Source of the DNA: Thermodesulfobacteriota bacterium
GTDB taxonomy: Bacteria; Desulfobacterota_D; UBA1144; Nemesobacterales; UBA2774
Assembly: GCA_965216785.1 (NCBI GenBank)
Contig: OZ244197.1
Span: 1,088,001 to 1,152,000 of the forward strand
Reading direction: 5' to 3'
Length of the DNA: 64,000 nucleotides
Part shown: positions 42,530-51,586 of the stretch, piece after piece
Layout of the letters: each line of letters begins with the position of its first letter
Position numbering within the stretch: position 1 is the first letter of the stretch
The notes under the pieces: generated by a model
Databases searched by the model: none
Told to the model about the DNA's origin: nothing
Seen by the model: only the letters and a program-made list of their open reading frames with translations
Program-made: the position numbers and the translations under genes

Positions 42530-42548
42530 TTTATGATTATACCTAAAC

Positions 42549-42575
42549 TATCCTGGATATCTTGCATCCAGAATA
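42549..42575. promoter_or_regulatory. Candidate Rrf2 operator over the rrf2-suf promoter
   Basis: TATCCTGGAT-N7-ATCCAGAATA inverted repeat with one mismatch, just upstream of minus-strand TATAAT at 42541-42536. Confidence 0.6.
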
Positions 42576-42657
42576 TACATGTTACTAACTGGTAAAAGTT
42601 ACCAGGCGAGAATATAGGTGTCAAACTCAGTGCTTAAGGGATAAATTTGGGCTAAAA

Positions 42658-42708
42658 TTACAGTATCTTGTGATTTTTTTTGACATAACCACATTATCTT
42701 GTTATAAT
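42658..42708 (+). promoter_or_regulatory. Consensus sigma-70 promoter of sod overlapped by two NrdR-like boxes
   Basis: TTGACA 42680-42685, 17 bp, TATAAT 42703-42708; boxes TTACAGTATCTTGTGA (42658) and CCACATTATCTTGTTA (42689). Confidence 0.7.
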
Positions 42709-42841
42709 GAGGAAGTTGGCGGCACAAGACGCCGTACTAAAAAAGATTCTATCGGAGTAAGAATTTATTGATATTTCTTTTAAAAATTACCGATAGCGCC
42801 GGTTTTCAATTCAAAAACAATTCAGATCAGGAGGAGATTTA

Positions 42842-43450
42842 ATGCCTTATGAGTTACCCAAGCTACCCTATGATTACAGCGCTTTAGAACCACATATAGA
42901 CGCGCGAACGATGGAGATTCACCATACCAAGCATCATCAGACTTATGTTAATAATTTAAATGCGGCTATCGAGAAACATCCAGAACAAGGCGAGCGGAGT
43001 CTTGAGGACTTGCTTTCTGACTTAAGCAGCGTACCTGAGGACATAAGGGGAGCCGTACGCAACAGCGGAGGGGGACACGCGAACCACAGTCTTTTTTGGG
43101 AAATAATGAGCCCGAGCGGTACAGAGCCTTCAGGGGAGCTTCTAGAGGCTATAAATTCATCCTTTGGGAGCTTGGACGCTTTTAAGGAGGAATTTGCGAA
43201 AGCGGCTGCTACAAGATTCGGAAGCGGTTGGGCGTGGCTGTCTTTGGACGGGAGCGGTAAATTAGTAGTGACATCGACCCCTAATCAGGACAATCCCGTC
43301 TCTGATGGTTTAAAGCCAATACTCGGACTAGATGTGTGGGAGCACGCATATTATCTTAATTATCAGAACCGGAGGCCCGATTATATCGCAGCTTGGTGGA
43401 ACGTGGTTAATTGGGATAAGGTAGAAGAAAATTTCAATGCAGCAAAATAG
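42842..43450 (+). CDS. sodA: Superoxide dismutase, Mn-type signature
   Basis: [32 protein letters not shown]. Confidence 0.95.
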   Translation: MPYELPKLPYDYSALEPHIDARTMEIHHTKHHQTYVNNLNAAIEKHPEQGERSLEDLLSDLSSVPEDIRGAVRNSGGGHANHSLFWEIMSPSGTEPSGELLEAINSSFGSLDAFKEEFAKAAATRFGSGWAWLSLDGSGKLVVTSTPNQDNPVSDGLKPILGLDVWEHAYYLNYQNRRPDYIAAWWNVVNWDKVEENFNAAK

Positions 43451-43722
43451 GTTGAATTAATTTTTAGAATTTGATAGAATGGCGGTAACCGGAAGATGGA
43501 TCAGTATTTGCAGTGCCTATTTTTGTTATAAGGTTGAGGTTTAATCTGGTGTTTCGTTGCTAAATATAGATAAATAAAGAGCGCGAAATTTACGCTGTTT
43601 ATTTTGGAGGTTGAGGATTTCCCCACCCCATACGTTGCTTAGGTTTAAAGACGAACTAAAGAGTGGAATCTCATATCTAGAGCTGTATATAAGATCTAAA
43701 ATAACTCTTAAAGGAAGAGGGT

Positions 43723-44904
43723 ATGGAGACAAAATTTAAAGAGTTTGACGATTCTGTAACTGTTGGTGATTTTGAGGAGTTTTCAGAGGAACAAGAGGAT
43801 GTTAGCAATGTAAAGCGCATCGATAGCTACATGCAGGAAGAGGATTCAGAAAACGGTTACACTCCCCCTGGTTCAAGAACAAAATCCAAATCAAACGATA
43901 CTCCCGACGAGCAGCTCAGACTCCTCTACGTTTACTTCAAGGACATGTCGATAGAGCCTCTATTTACCGCTCAGGAAGAGGTGGAGATTTCTGCCAAGAT
44001 TAAAAAGTGCGAGGCAAAATCAAGGGAGCTAGTGCTTATTGTAGACAGGCTAACGGTTGGAAAATTCAAGGGCGCAAGATTAAACGGTCATAGAAACGGA
44101 CGTAACGGCCACTCTCACTCTAATATACAAAAGCGCATTAAGAGCTTAAACGGTTTCATCAAAGCCTATTCTGAGAACGCTAAGAGGCTTAAGCAGAGGT
44201 TTGTGAAGGCAAATCTAAGGCTCGTAATAACGATATCCAGAAAGTACATGGGACGTGGTCTACCTCTGTCGGATCTTATCCAAGAGGGTAATATGGGGCT
44301 TATGAGAGCTGTAGAGCGTTTTGATCACAGAAAAGGGTTTAAGTTCTCAACCTACGCTTCATGGTGGATACACCAGGCAATACTGAGAGCGCTTCAAGGG
44401 CAGACCAGAACGATTAAAGTGCCTGTATACCTGCTTGAGCAGGCGAACCGCGTATATAAGGTAAACGCAATATTGGCAAAGCAGTTTGGAAGAAAGCCCA
44501 CACCAAAGGAGATCTCCCGTAAATCCGGTATTTCCGTAGAAGTAGTAAAGCGCATATTGAGATCGACCAAGGACGCTATCAGCTTGGATACTCCGCTCCT
44601 TGACGGAGAGAAGACGACGCTCCTTGATTCTATAGCGGACAATGAAACGGTAATCCCCGACACCCTAGTCGCCAAGTCCGACCTTACGGATAAGCTGAGA
44701 GAAGCGCTTACGCTTTTAAACCCGAGAGAGGAAGAGATTCTGAGGCTCCGCTTCGGTATAGAGCAGCAGAGCACCTATACTTTAGATGAGATCGGGAAGC
44801 GTTTTAATCTGACGCGTGAGAGGATACGGCAGATCGAAAAAGCGGCACTCGGGAAACTGGCCAATTCTGAAGTAAAAGACCATCTTGAAAGTTTTTTAAA
44901 ATAG
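43723..44904 (+). CDS. Alternative sigma-70 factor of RpoD/RpoS family, with no recognisable region 1.1
   Basis: ANLRLV, DLIQEGN.GL..AVERFD...GFKFSTYA.WWI, TL.EIG..FNLTRERIRQIE. Confidence 0.9.
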   Translation: METKFKEFDDSVTVGDFEEFSEEQEDVSNVKRIDSYMQEEDSENGYTPPGSRTKSKSNDTPDEQLRLLYVYFKDMSIEPLFTAQEEVEISAKIKKCEAKSRELVLIVDRLTVGKFKGARLNGHRNGRNGHSHSNIQKRIKSLNGFIKAYSENAKRLKQRFVKANLRLVITISRKYMGRGLPLSDLIQEGNMGLMRAVERFDHRKGFKFSTYASWWIHQAILRALQGQTRTIKVPVYLLEQANRVYKVNAILAKQFGRKPTPKEISRKSGISVEVVKRILRSTKDAISLDTPLLDGEKTTLLDSIADNETVIPDTLVAKSDLTDKLREALTLLNPREEEILRLRFGIEQQSTYTLDEIGKRFNLTRERIRQIEKAALGKLANSEVKDHLESFLK

Positions 44905-45066
44905 GGGCGCCTTAATTAGCTTTGCCGGGTTTTAGCTCAGCTCAGTGCAATGCGGCGCTTTCCTTTTTTCTATGCTGGAGTTTCTTTCAGGCTTATTAGG
45001 GGCTGTTTGAGATGCTTCCGACAGCTCTCCGCCCGGTAGGCTATCTATCAATCCGTCTGAATAACC

Positions 45067-45387
45067 CTAATCTAATATGCCGCCTATGATTGCGCCCAGA
45101 AGTAGCGGGCCTACGTTTGAGAGTACTAGTATAAACCCGCCGGTGCCAGCAACAAAGCCTATGAGAGGGGCTCCTGTAAGTGTCGATGCAAAAGCAAACA
45201 GCAGTATTCCCAGCACTACGGCCGGGAGGAATACGGCCATGAGAGCGTTTTCTACGTTACCCGCTTTTTTCCCGCCAACTATGCCAGCTATGAGCGGACC
45301 CACGAACGGGAGCCAGAAAAGGAGGATAGATATCAGGAACATCCAGAACACTCCTGAAATCACAGATCCCTTTTTCTCACTCTGCAT
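45067..45387 (-). CDS. Small Gly-rich membrane protein
   Basis: Entirely hydrophobic, P.VGPLIAG.VGG; AAGGAGG RBS. Confidence 0.7.
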   Translation of the reverse strand: MQSEKKGSVISGVFWMFLISILLFWLPFVGPLIAGIVGGKKAGNVENALMAVFLPAVVLGILLFAFASTLTGAPLIGFVAGTGGFILVLSNVGPLLLGAIIGGILD

Positions 45388-45414
45388 TCTGCCCTCCTTT
45401 ATTTCTTGTCAATT

Positions 45415-45453
45415 AAAAACCCCCAAGCTCTACTAGAGGGCTTGGGGGTTTTA
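45415..45453. terminator. Intrinsic terminator downstream of nrdJ, possibly bidirectional
   Basis: AAAACCCCCAAGC...GCTTGGGGGTTTT hairpin with A/T tracts on both sides. Confidence 0.8.
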
Positions 45454-45491
45454 TATTCCAACATCCTACATTAATTTCTTTTTTTATATCT

Positions 45492-47981
45492 CTAACTGCA
45501 TTTGGAATATCCGCAGCTCCTGCACGTTACGCACCCTTGTTCAAAAGCAAGCGCACGGTCCCCGCAGTCAGGGCAGTTTTCAAGATATAAATCCGTAGCT
45601 TTTTTCGTCTCAAGCTCTGCTTGCTCGGGTGTGACAAAATGTTTCTTTAGTACTGTGGCGATCGCGTCCGGAATAGACATGACGAGCTTGCCGTCAGAGA
45701 ACACAGGTGAAGACCCCCCAATGCCTTCAAGCTGCTCGACTACTTCTTTTACGTTTACTCCGGAGCGGAGTGCGAGCGAAACGAGTCTTCCCGTTGCTTC
45801 TGCGTCCGCCATAGTGGAATAGCCGGATTTGCCGATCTGTACGAATACTTCTATGGGTTTTCCGTCCATGGTGTTGATTGTCACATATAAGTTCCCGTAG
45901 CCGGTTTTAATAACTTCGGTAAAGCCCTCAAGAAACAGAGGTCTCTTTATCGGGGTTATCTCCGGCAGCTGGGGAGAGGAGGAACGAAGGGATGAGATGG
46001 GGTTGGGGTGATGGGTTTTGTTCATCCCTTCGTTCTGGGTCTGGGTCGGAAGCTTTTTTTCTTCTTTATTTTCCTTGGCCTGCTCTTCTGTAATGAGAAT
46101 GCCTTCTCTTGAGCCTTCTCTGTAAACAGTTATACCCTTACAGCCGAGTTTCCAGGCTAGGAAGTAAATCTTTTCTACTTCATCGAGCGTAATATCGGCC
46201 GGAAGATTGACCGTGCTCGATATACATGAATCTATGTGCTTTTGAATAGCGCCCTGCATACGTACCCTCATTTCGGGTTTTATTTCGTGTGAGGTTACGA
46301 ATGTTGACGGTAGATCGCTCTCGTCGTCTATACCGAACTTCTCCATATATTTTCCTACGAGCGGATGGTATACCTTGAACTCTTCTTTGGAGAGCGATTT
46401 TGAGTGCCTGTAGTATGAGAGCGCGAATGTGGGCTCAACTCCGCTTGTGGTGCCTGCGAGCACTGAGCCGCTGCCTACAGGGGGAACAGTTAATATGCAT
46501 GCGTTTCTAAGCCCCTGGTCTTTGATTTTTTCGCCGATGCGCTCGTCTATGCTCTGTAGAAACGGTCTTGACATATGGGTGTCGAGATCAAAAGCCGGGA
46601 AACTGCCCTTTTCGGCTGCGAGGTCCGTGCTTGCCTCGTAGACTATGTTTTTGATGTGCTCAAACATCTTGTCCGCAAATTCCACAGCTTCGTTAGTGTC
46701 ATATTTTATATTGAGTTTTGCCAGCATGTCTCCAAACCCCGTGAATCCCACGCCAATGCGCCTTGAATGCGTGGAGGCTTTGGTCTGGAAATTGAGCGGG
46801 TGTTTCTTCATGTTGTAATCGAGTACGTTGTCTAAGAACCGAACGCCGTATCTAAAAGCTTTTTCCATGTTTTCCCAGTCAATTGCAGCGTTTTCGGTAA
46901 ACTCGTCTGTTACGAATGGGGAAAGGTTGATGTTGCCGAGGCAGCAGTTGCCGTAATCCTCGAGCGCTTGCTCGCTGCATGGGTTTACACCGTTTACTTC
47001 CATGCCTGCGTATTCGGTCGGGGAGAACCTCTTAACGGCGTCCCAGAAAATCACTCCGGGCTCCGCAGAAGACCAGGCGGATTTCACAAGTTTTTCCCAA
47101 ATGTCTCTAGCGCGTACTGTTTTTTTGAATTTTACTTTCTCGTTTTCAAACTTGAGCTCAAAGTCCGTGTCGGCTTCAACGGCCTCCATAAATTCATCCG
47201 ATATCTTGATCGAGATATTAGCGAACTGGACTTTTGATCTCTCCTCGTCGTTCTTAACGTCAATGAATTCAGAAATGTCCGGGTGGTTTACGTCTATCGT
47301 GATCATTAGAGCGCCGCGGCGTCCCGCCTGGCCAATTGTGCCGGTGGTTGTGGAAAGCAGGTCCATAAACGATACGGCCCCGGTGGAGTAGATCGCCGAG
47401 TTGTTCACCGGCGCTCCTTTGGGTCTTAAGATCGATATGTCTGTGCCTACGCCCCCACCGAAAGAATAGGTCCTGGCAGCCTCTTTGCACCATTCGAAAA
47501 TACCTTCGATCGAATCTTCTTTTATTGGCATGTAGTAGCAGTTAAGGAGTGTCGCTCTTCTTTCCTGCCCGGCGCCAAAGAGGATTCTGCCTCCCGGTAT
47601 GAATTTGAAATTGGATAAAAGCCAAAAGAAGTTGTCATTCCATTCTTGCTTGAGCTCTTTTGTTTTTTCGGGGGATGCTATTTCTCTTGCGACCCTGTGC
47701 CACATATCCTCAGGGGTATGCTCTACTATTTTGCCCGATTTATCTCTGAGGGCGTATTTTTCGTAAAACACTCTTGCGCGAAGCTCGTCACCGTCAAAAG
47801 CTTCTATAGTGGCTTCCGGAATTTCCATGACCCCAACGGGTTGCTTGACTACATCCTGATCTTCATCAGTACTTTCACTGAGAGTCTGTTCAAGCTCTGT
47901 ATTCAGATTCTTTTCTTCCGATAAATTCTTGGAGTTCCCGTTCCCATTGGTCTGTTCAGAGTCAAATTTCTCAGAAGCCAT
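45492..47981 (-). CDS. nrdJ: Class II (adenosylcobalamin-dependent) ribonucleotide reductase with TSCPD domain and C-terminal Zn ribbon
   Basis: PGGRIL, LLNCY, GGGVG, RRGALM, NPCSEQ, TVPPVGS, SSTVN, GITVYR, CPDC...C..CGYSKC. Confidence 0.92.
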   Translation of the reverse strand: MASEKFDSEQTNGNGNSKNLSEEKNLNTELEQTLSESTDEDQDVVKQPVGVMEIPEATIEAFDGDELRARVFYEKYALRDKSGKIVEHTPEDMWHRVAREIASPEKTKELKQEWNDNFFWLLSNFKFIPGGRILFGAGQERRATLLNCYYMPIKEDSIEGIFEWCKEAARTYSFGGGVGTDISILRPKGAPVNNSAIYSTGAVSFMDLLSTTTGTIGQAGRRGALMITIDVNHPDISEFIDVKNDEERSKVQFANISIKISDEFMEAVEADTDFELKFENEKVKFKKTVRARDIWEKLVKSAWSSAEPGVIFWDAVKRFSPTEYAGMEVNGVNPCSEQALEDYGNCCLGNINLSPFVTDEFTENAAIDWENMEKAFRYGVRFLDNVLDYNMKKHPLNFQTKASTHSRRIGVGFTGFGDMLAKLNIKYDTNEAVEFADKMFEHIKNIVYEASTDLAAEKGSFPAFDLDTHMSRPFLQSIDERIGEKIKDQGLRNACILTVPPVGSGSVLAGTTSGVEPTFALSYYRHSKSLSKEEFKVYHPLVGKYMEKFGIDDESDLPSTFVTSHEIKPEMRVRMQGAIQKHIDSCISSTVNLPADITLDEVEKIYFLAWKLGCKGITVYREGSREGILITEEQAKENKEEKKLPTQTQNEGMNKTHHPNPISSLRSSSPQLPEITPIKRPLFLEGFTEVIKTGYGNLYVTINTMDGKPIEVFVQIGKSGYSTMADAEATGRLVSLALRSGVNVKEVVEQLEGIGGSSPVFSDGKLVMSIPDAIATVLKKHFVTPEQAELETKKATDLYLENCPDCGDRALAFEQGCVTCRSCGYSKCS

Positions 47982-48008
47982 TCATACATCCTCCTATCTC
48001 GATTGGTT

Positions 48009-48062
48009 GTGTAATATCTTGTGCTATGAATCGATTGAACCACAATATGTTGTGGTTGTCAA
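48009..48062 (-). promoter_or_regulatory. Tandem NrdR boxes and -35 of the nrdJ promoter
   Basis: CCACAATATGTTGTGG (48040-48055) and GTGTAATATCTTGTGC (48009-48024), 31 bp apart; minus-strand TTGACA at 48062-48057. Confidence 0.85.
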
Positions 48063-48395
48063 TAGGCTATTTTGGGGTATTTTTGAAATGAAAAACAAAA
48101 TCAAATGAAATCAGCGGGTTATAATACGAAAAAATTTTTCGCCGATAAAAAATAATTGTAAAAAACAGTTTGGGCGATATTCTTAAAGTTTAATTTGAAT
48201 ATAGTTCAAGGCAATTCTGAGGTTTGGTTCAGGCTGCGTATCGAAGATTTTTTTTGGTTCAAAAATAGGTTCGATCAGGATAGCATTTTTTTATCTTTTT
48301 GGCAAGAGGATAAGAAAAATATTTTTAAGATTGTGTTAATATGGGGTTAATATACGGTTTAGATATAATAAATACTCTGATGTAGGACTTCCATT

Positions 48396-49037
48396 ATGAA
48401 TATTCCTAACATAGGCAATTCCACACTATCGAGTGAGACCACAGATAAAGTCTTAGGCTTTTGGTTTGGTGAATTAAAAGAAGGGGAAGTGCCAGGGGGT
48501 GAGTACAGAGAGCGCTGGTGGCTTAAAGACGCAGCAATAGATAGTTTGATAAAAGAGGTGTTTCAAAGGGATCTTGAAGCAGTAAAAACTCTTAAGGTGG
48601 AGGATTTTACGTTGACGCCGAGGGGAAGCCTTGCGCTCATCATACTCCTGGACCAGTTCTCGCGCAATATTTATAGAGACACGCCCGCTGCGTTTTCTCA
48701 GGACAAGCTCGCCCTTAATATCGCCCTCACAGGGTTAGAAATGGATCTTGACGCAGGGCTTCACCCATTTGAGCGGATATTTTACTATATGCCCCTTATG
48801 CATTCAGAGGATCCGCAAATACAGAGCCTATCCCTTAAATGTTTTGTAAATCTTGAGAACGAATACCCAGAGCCTCCCGAACTCCATGAGAAACTGCACG
48901 GTTCCAGGGAGTACGCACAAAAGCACGCCCGGATTATAGAACGGTTCGGACGCTATCCTCACCGAAATGAAATACTGGGAAGAGAATCGACTAAAGAAGA
49001 GAAAGAATTTCTGTCAGAGCCCGGCTCATCATTTTGA
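48396..49037 (+). CDS. DUF924 family protein
   Basis: VL.FWF, IILLDQFSRN.YR, F.YMPLMHSE, II.RFGRYPHRN..LGR.ST.EE. Confidence 0.92.
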   Translation: MNIPNIGNSTLSSETTDKVLGFWFGELKEGEVPGGEYRERWWLKDAAIDSLIKEVFQRDLEAVKTLKVEDFTLTPRGSLALIILLDQFSRNIYRDTPAAFSQDKLALNIALTGLEMDLDAGLHPFERIFYYMPLMHSEDPQIQSLSLKCFVNLENEYPEPPELHEKLHGSREYAQKHARIIERFGRYPHRNEILGRESTKEEKEFLSEPGSSF

Positions 49038-49403
49038 GTTTGAATTCTCTGTGTAGTGAGCTATGACCTTACTTATTTTTCCCTCATCATTGAGCATCAT
49101 GACTTCGGCGGCCAGCATGTCTTTTACACTCTTGTAGAATAACGTGATGCTGTTCACTCCGCTCAGAACCCGGAGCAGCTCGAATTTAAGCTCAGGGTAC
49201 GCGCTAAGGCCCACCCCGAAATATTCTCTCAGACGGTCTTTACCGTAAATAGTGCCCGATTGCTCTCCCAAGAGTTTGACTACGAAGGGGGAAGTAAATT
49301 CCACATCGTCAGAATAATGGGATAAGATGGAATCTAAGTCGTGGCTGTTCCAAGACTGTATCCACTCTTGGGCAGTACACGCGCTCTTTTCTAAAGTGAC
49401 CAT
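49029..49403 (-). CDS. SnoaL/NTF2-like protein
   Basis: WI.SWNSHDL..ILSHY.DD..FTSP, G...LR.YF. Confidence 0.85.
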   Translation of the reverse strand: MVTLEKSACTAQEWIQSWNSHDLDSILSHYSDDVEFTSPFVVKLLGEQSGTIYGKDRLREYFGVGLSAYPELKFELLRVLSGVNSITLFYKSVKDMLAAEVMMLNDEGKISKVIAHYTENSNSK

Positions 49404-49495
49404 TTTGCTTAACTGGAAAGGTATATATCAGATGTTTTTACATATTCCCCACTCTCCCCGTAAAGATAGAAGAGAGCGGGGGCTTTTTAACTTAC

Positions 49496-49918
49496 TTATA
49501 GGTTGGCTTGAATCTTGTTCAGAATGTATCTGGACAGGGCTTCGTCTCCGAAGGTGTCTACACGAATTTTAATCTCCGTTAGATTGTCGGCGATTCTTTT
49601 AAGCTCTATATGTACGGTTTTGTTATCCGCTGTTTGGCATTTTAGCTCCGCGGACACGGCGTCCTTTACCTTATTGATTACGATAAACTGCAGCTCGTCT
49701 ATAGCTGTTACTGTAGCCGCCCATGTCTCGTCTATCGAATGTCCTTCGGTCGCTTTTAGCTCCCCTTTTATATAGGCAATGGTCCCTGCTCCCGCTACTG
49801 CTCCGCCGCCTACCGCCGCTGCGGCAAGGCATCCTGTCAGGATAAGCGGGCTTATAGCCAGCATGAGAGCTAATATTACTGCTTGCTTCGTTAATTTTTT
49901 ACTCCCCTCGGGTTTCAT
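49496..49918 (-). CDS. DUF3568-like lipoprotein
   Basis: Lipobox LTGC, Gly/Ala-rich helix, IRV..FGDE..S. Confidence 0.75.
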   Translation of the reverse strand: MKPEGSKKLTKQAVILALMLAISPLILTGCLAAAAVGGGAVAGAGTIAYIKGELKATEGHSIDETWAATVTAIDELQFIVINKVKDAVSAELKCQTADNKTVHIELKRIADNLTEIKIRVDTFGDEALSRYILNKIQANL

Positions 49919-50106
49919 TAGAGCCTCCTTACTATGGAATCTGGGTTTTAAATATCAAGTATATCCGGTGATGGTTCAAAAAGACAACACTAATAATCTC
50001 TGCGGCGCCCGGGTGTTTTATATCACTTTTAATTTATTGCGGCTTTTCTTATATAATATTCGGATATGTTTATCGCTTACCCGTTTTTGAGTGGAGGTAA
50101 TACTAA

Positions 50107-51462
50107 ATGAGTCCAAAGGCAAGCCCTCCGGGACCGAGCTCAAAAACGCTACTAGGAAAAATCCCCGGATCGTTTGCTAACCCGGCAGAATTTCTACTGG
50201 GTCTCAAGCGTGAGTACGGCGATCTCACATGCCTTAAGCTCGGGATAAAAAACGTATATTTGATCGGAAGCGCCGAGTTCGCACAGGACATTCTGGAAAC
50301 ACGGCAGGACGAGTTCTCAAACTGGATTTCATGGTTCATTAAAAAGGCAGGAATCCTAGAGGGTGAGGGGCTGATTGCTACGGAGTCTGTCGGGCACGCG
50401 CCCCGCCGAGCCCTCGTTGGCCCGAGTTTCACACGAGAAAATGTTTCTAAATATACAGATGCGATAATATCTTACGGACTAAGCCAAAGAGAGCTTTGGG
50501 ATCCGGGACAACCGAGCGATATGGAAAAGGACATGGGAAGGCTTACGCTTTCTATAGTCCTTAAAACTTTATTTGATTTGGATCTGGACACAGACGGTAA
50601 AAAGATCGGGGAAGTTATAAACAGACTAATGGTTCATTACAACGCTGTGTTCCCGCCTGTGCTCCTTGCTCAGTCGGTTCTTCGACATTTGCCTCGGAAC
50701 CATGTGCGCGGGCTCATTATAGAGCTGAGCGAAGTTAGCAAAATAATATACGGAATCATAGAAGAGCGGAAGAAAAACTCAGAAGAAAAGGGCGATCTAC
50801 TCTCCTCGATGATGGCGGCGCGCTCAAATGATGAAGAGCTTCCTCGAATGACGGATACGCAACTGCGGGATGAATGCGTTTCAATGTTACTTGCTGGTCA
50901 CGACCCTATGGCTAAAGCCCTCACATGGACCTGGTATCTGCTTTCTCAAAACCCTGAGGCTGAGCGGTGTTTGCATGATGAAATAGATACTGCCCTAGGC
51001 GGGAGAGTCCCGGGTCTTCAGGATATCGAGAGACTTCCATATACTCAAAGAGTGTTCAGAGAGTCTATGCGTCTATACCCGCCGGTCTGGATGATAATAA
51101 GACAAAGCCTAATAGACCTTAAGATCGGGGGATATGATACGCCCAAAGGGTCATTGTTTCTCGTAAGCCCCTACATTCTTCAAAGAGACCCGCGCTATTT
51201 CCCGGATCCGCTTTTATTTAGACCCAATAGGTGGCAAGGCAGGGTCGAGGAGTCCGGGCTCTCATACTTTCCCTTCGGAGGTGGCAGGCGCATATGCACA
51301 GGTGAGCCGATGTCCTGGATACAGGGGGTTTTACTGACTGCTATAATCGCTCAACACTGGAGTTTCGAGCTTGCTCCCGGGCAAGTCGTCGAACCTAAGC
51401 CTCAGATTACACTCGGCACAAAATACGGGGTCAGAATGGTACCCCGGAAGAGAGATTACTGA
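50107..51462 (+). CDS. Cytochrome P450
   Basis: ESMR (ExxR), FRPNRW, FPFGGGRRICTG heme Cys; I-helix reads AGHDPM. Confidence 0.92.
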   Translation: MSPKASPPGPSSKTLLGKIPGSFANPAEFLLGLKREYGDLTCLKLGIKNVYLIGSAEFAQDILETRQDEFSNWISWFIKKAGILEGEGLIATESVGHAPRRALVGPSFTRENVSKYTDAIISYGLSQRELWDPGQPSDMEKDMGRLTLSIVLKTLFDLDLDTDGKKIGEVINRLMVHYNAVFPPVLLAQSVLRHLPRNHVRGLIIELSEVSKIIYGIIEERKKNSEEKGDLLSSMMAARSNDEELPRMTDTQLRDECVSMLLAGHDPMAKALTWTWYLLSQNPEAERCLHDEIDTALGGRVPGLQDIERLPYTQRVFRESMRLYPPVWMIIRQSLIDLKIGGYDTPKGSLFLVSPYILQRDPRYFPDPLLFRPNRWQGRVEESGLSYFPFGGGRRICTGEPMSWIQGVLLTAIIAQHWSFELAPGQVVEPKPQITLGTKYGVRMVPRKRDY

Positions 51463-51586
51463 TTCTCCTCCTATTTACGCTTAAATAATGCTGCTTATGA
51501 TACCAATATAAGCATATATGTATTGAATTATCCTCCCTGCCTAATTAGAATTAGAATATCCCTCGTTTATTGCATAACGGCGCGCT

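Noticed and set aside
48060-48395. AT-rich gap with several GGTTC words as a repeat array or replication origin
   Set aside because: Irregular spacing, no clear DnaA boxes or spacer structure; fits a divergent promoter region
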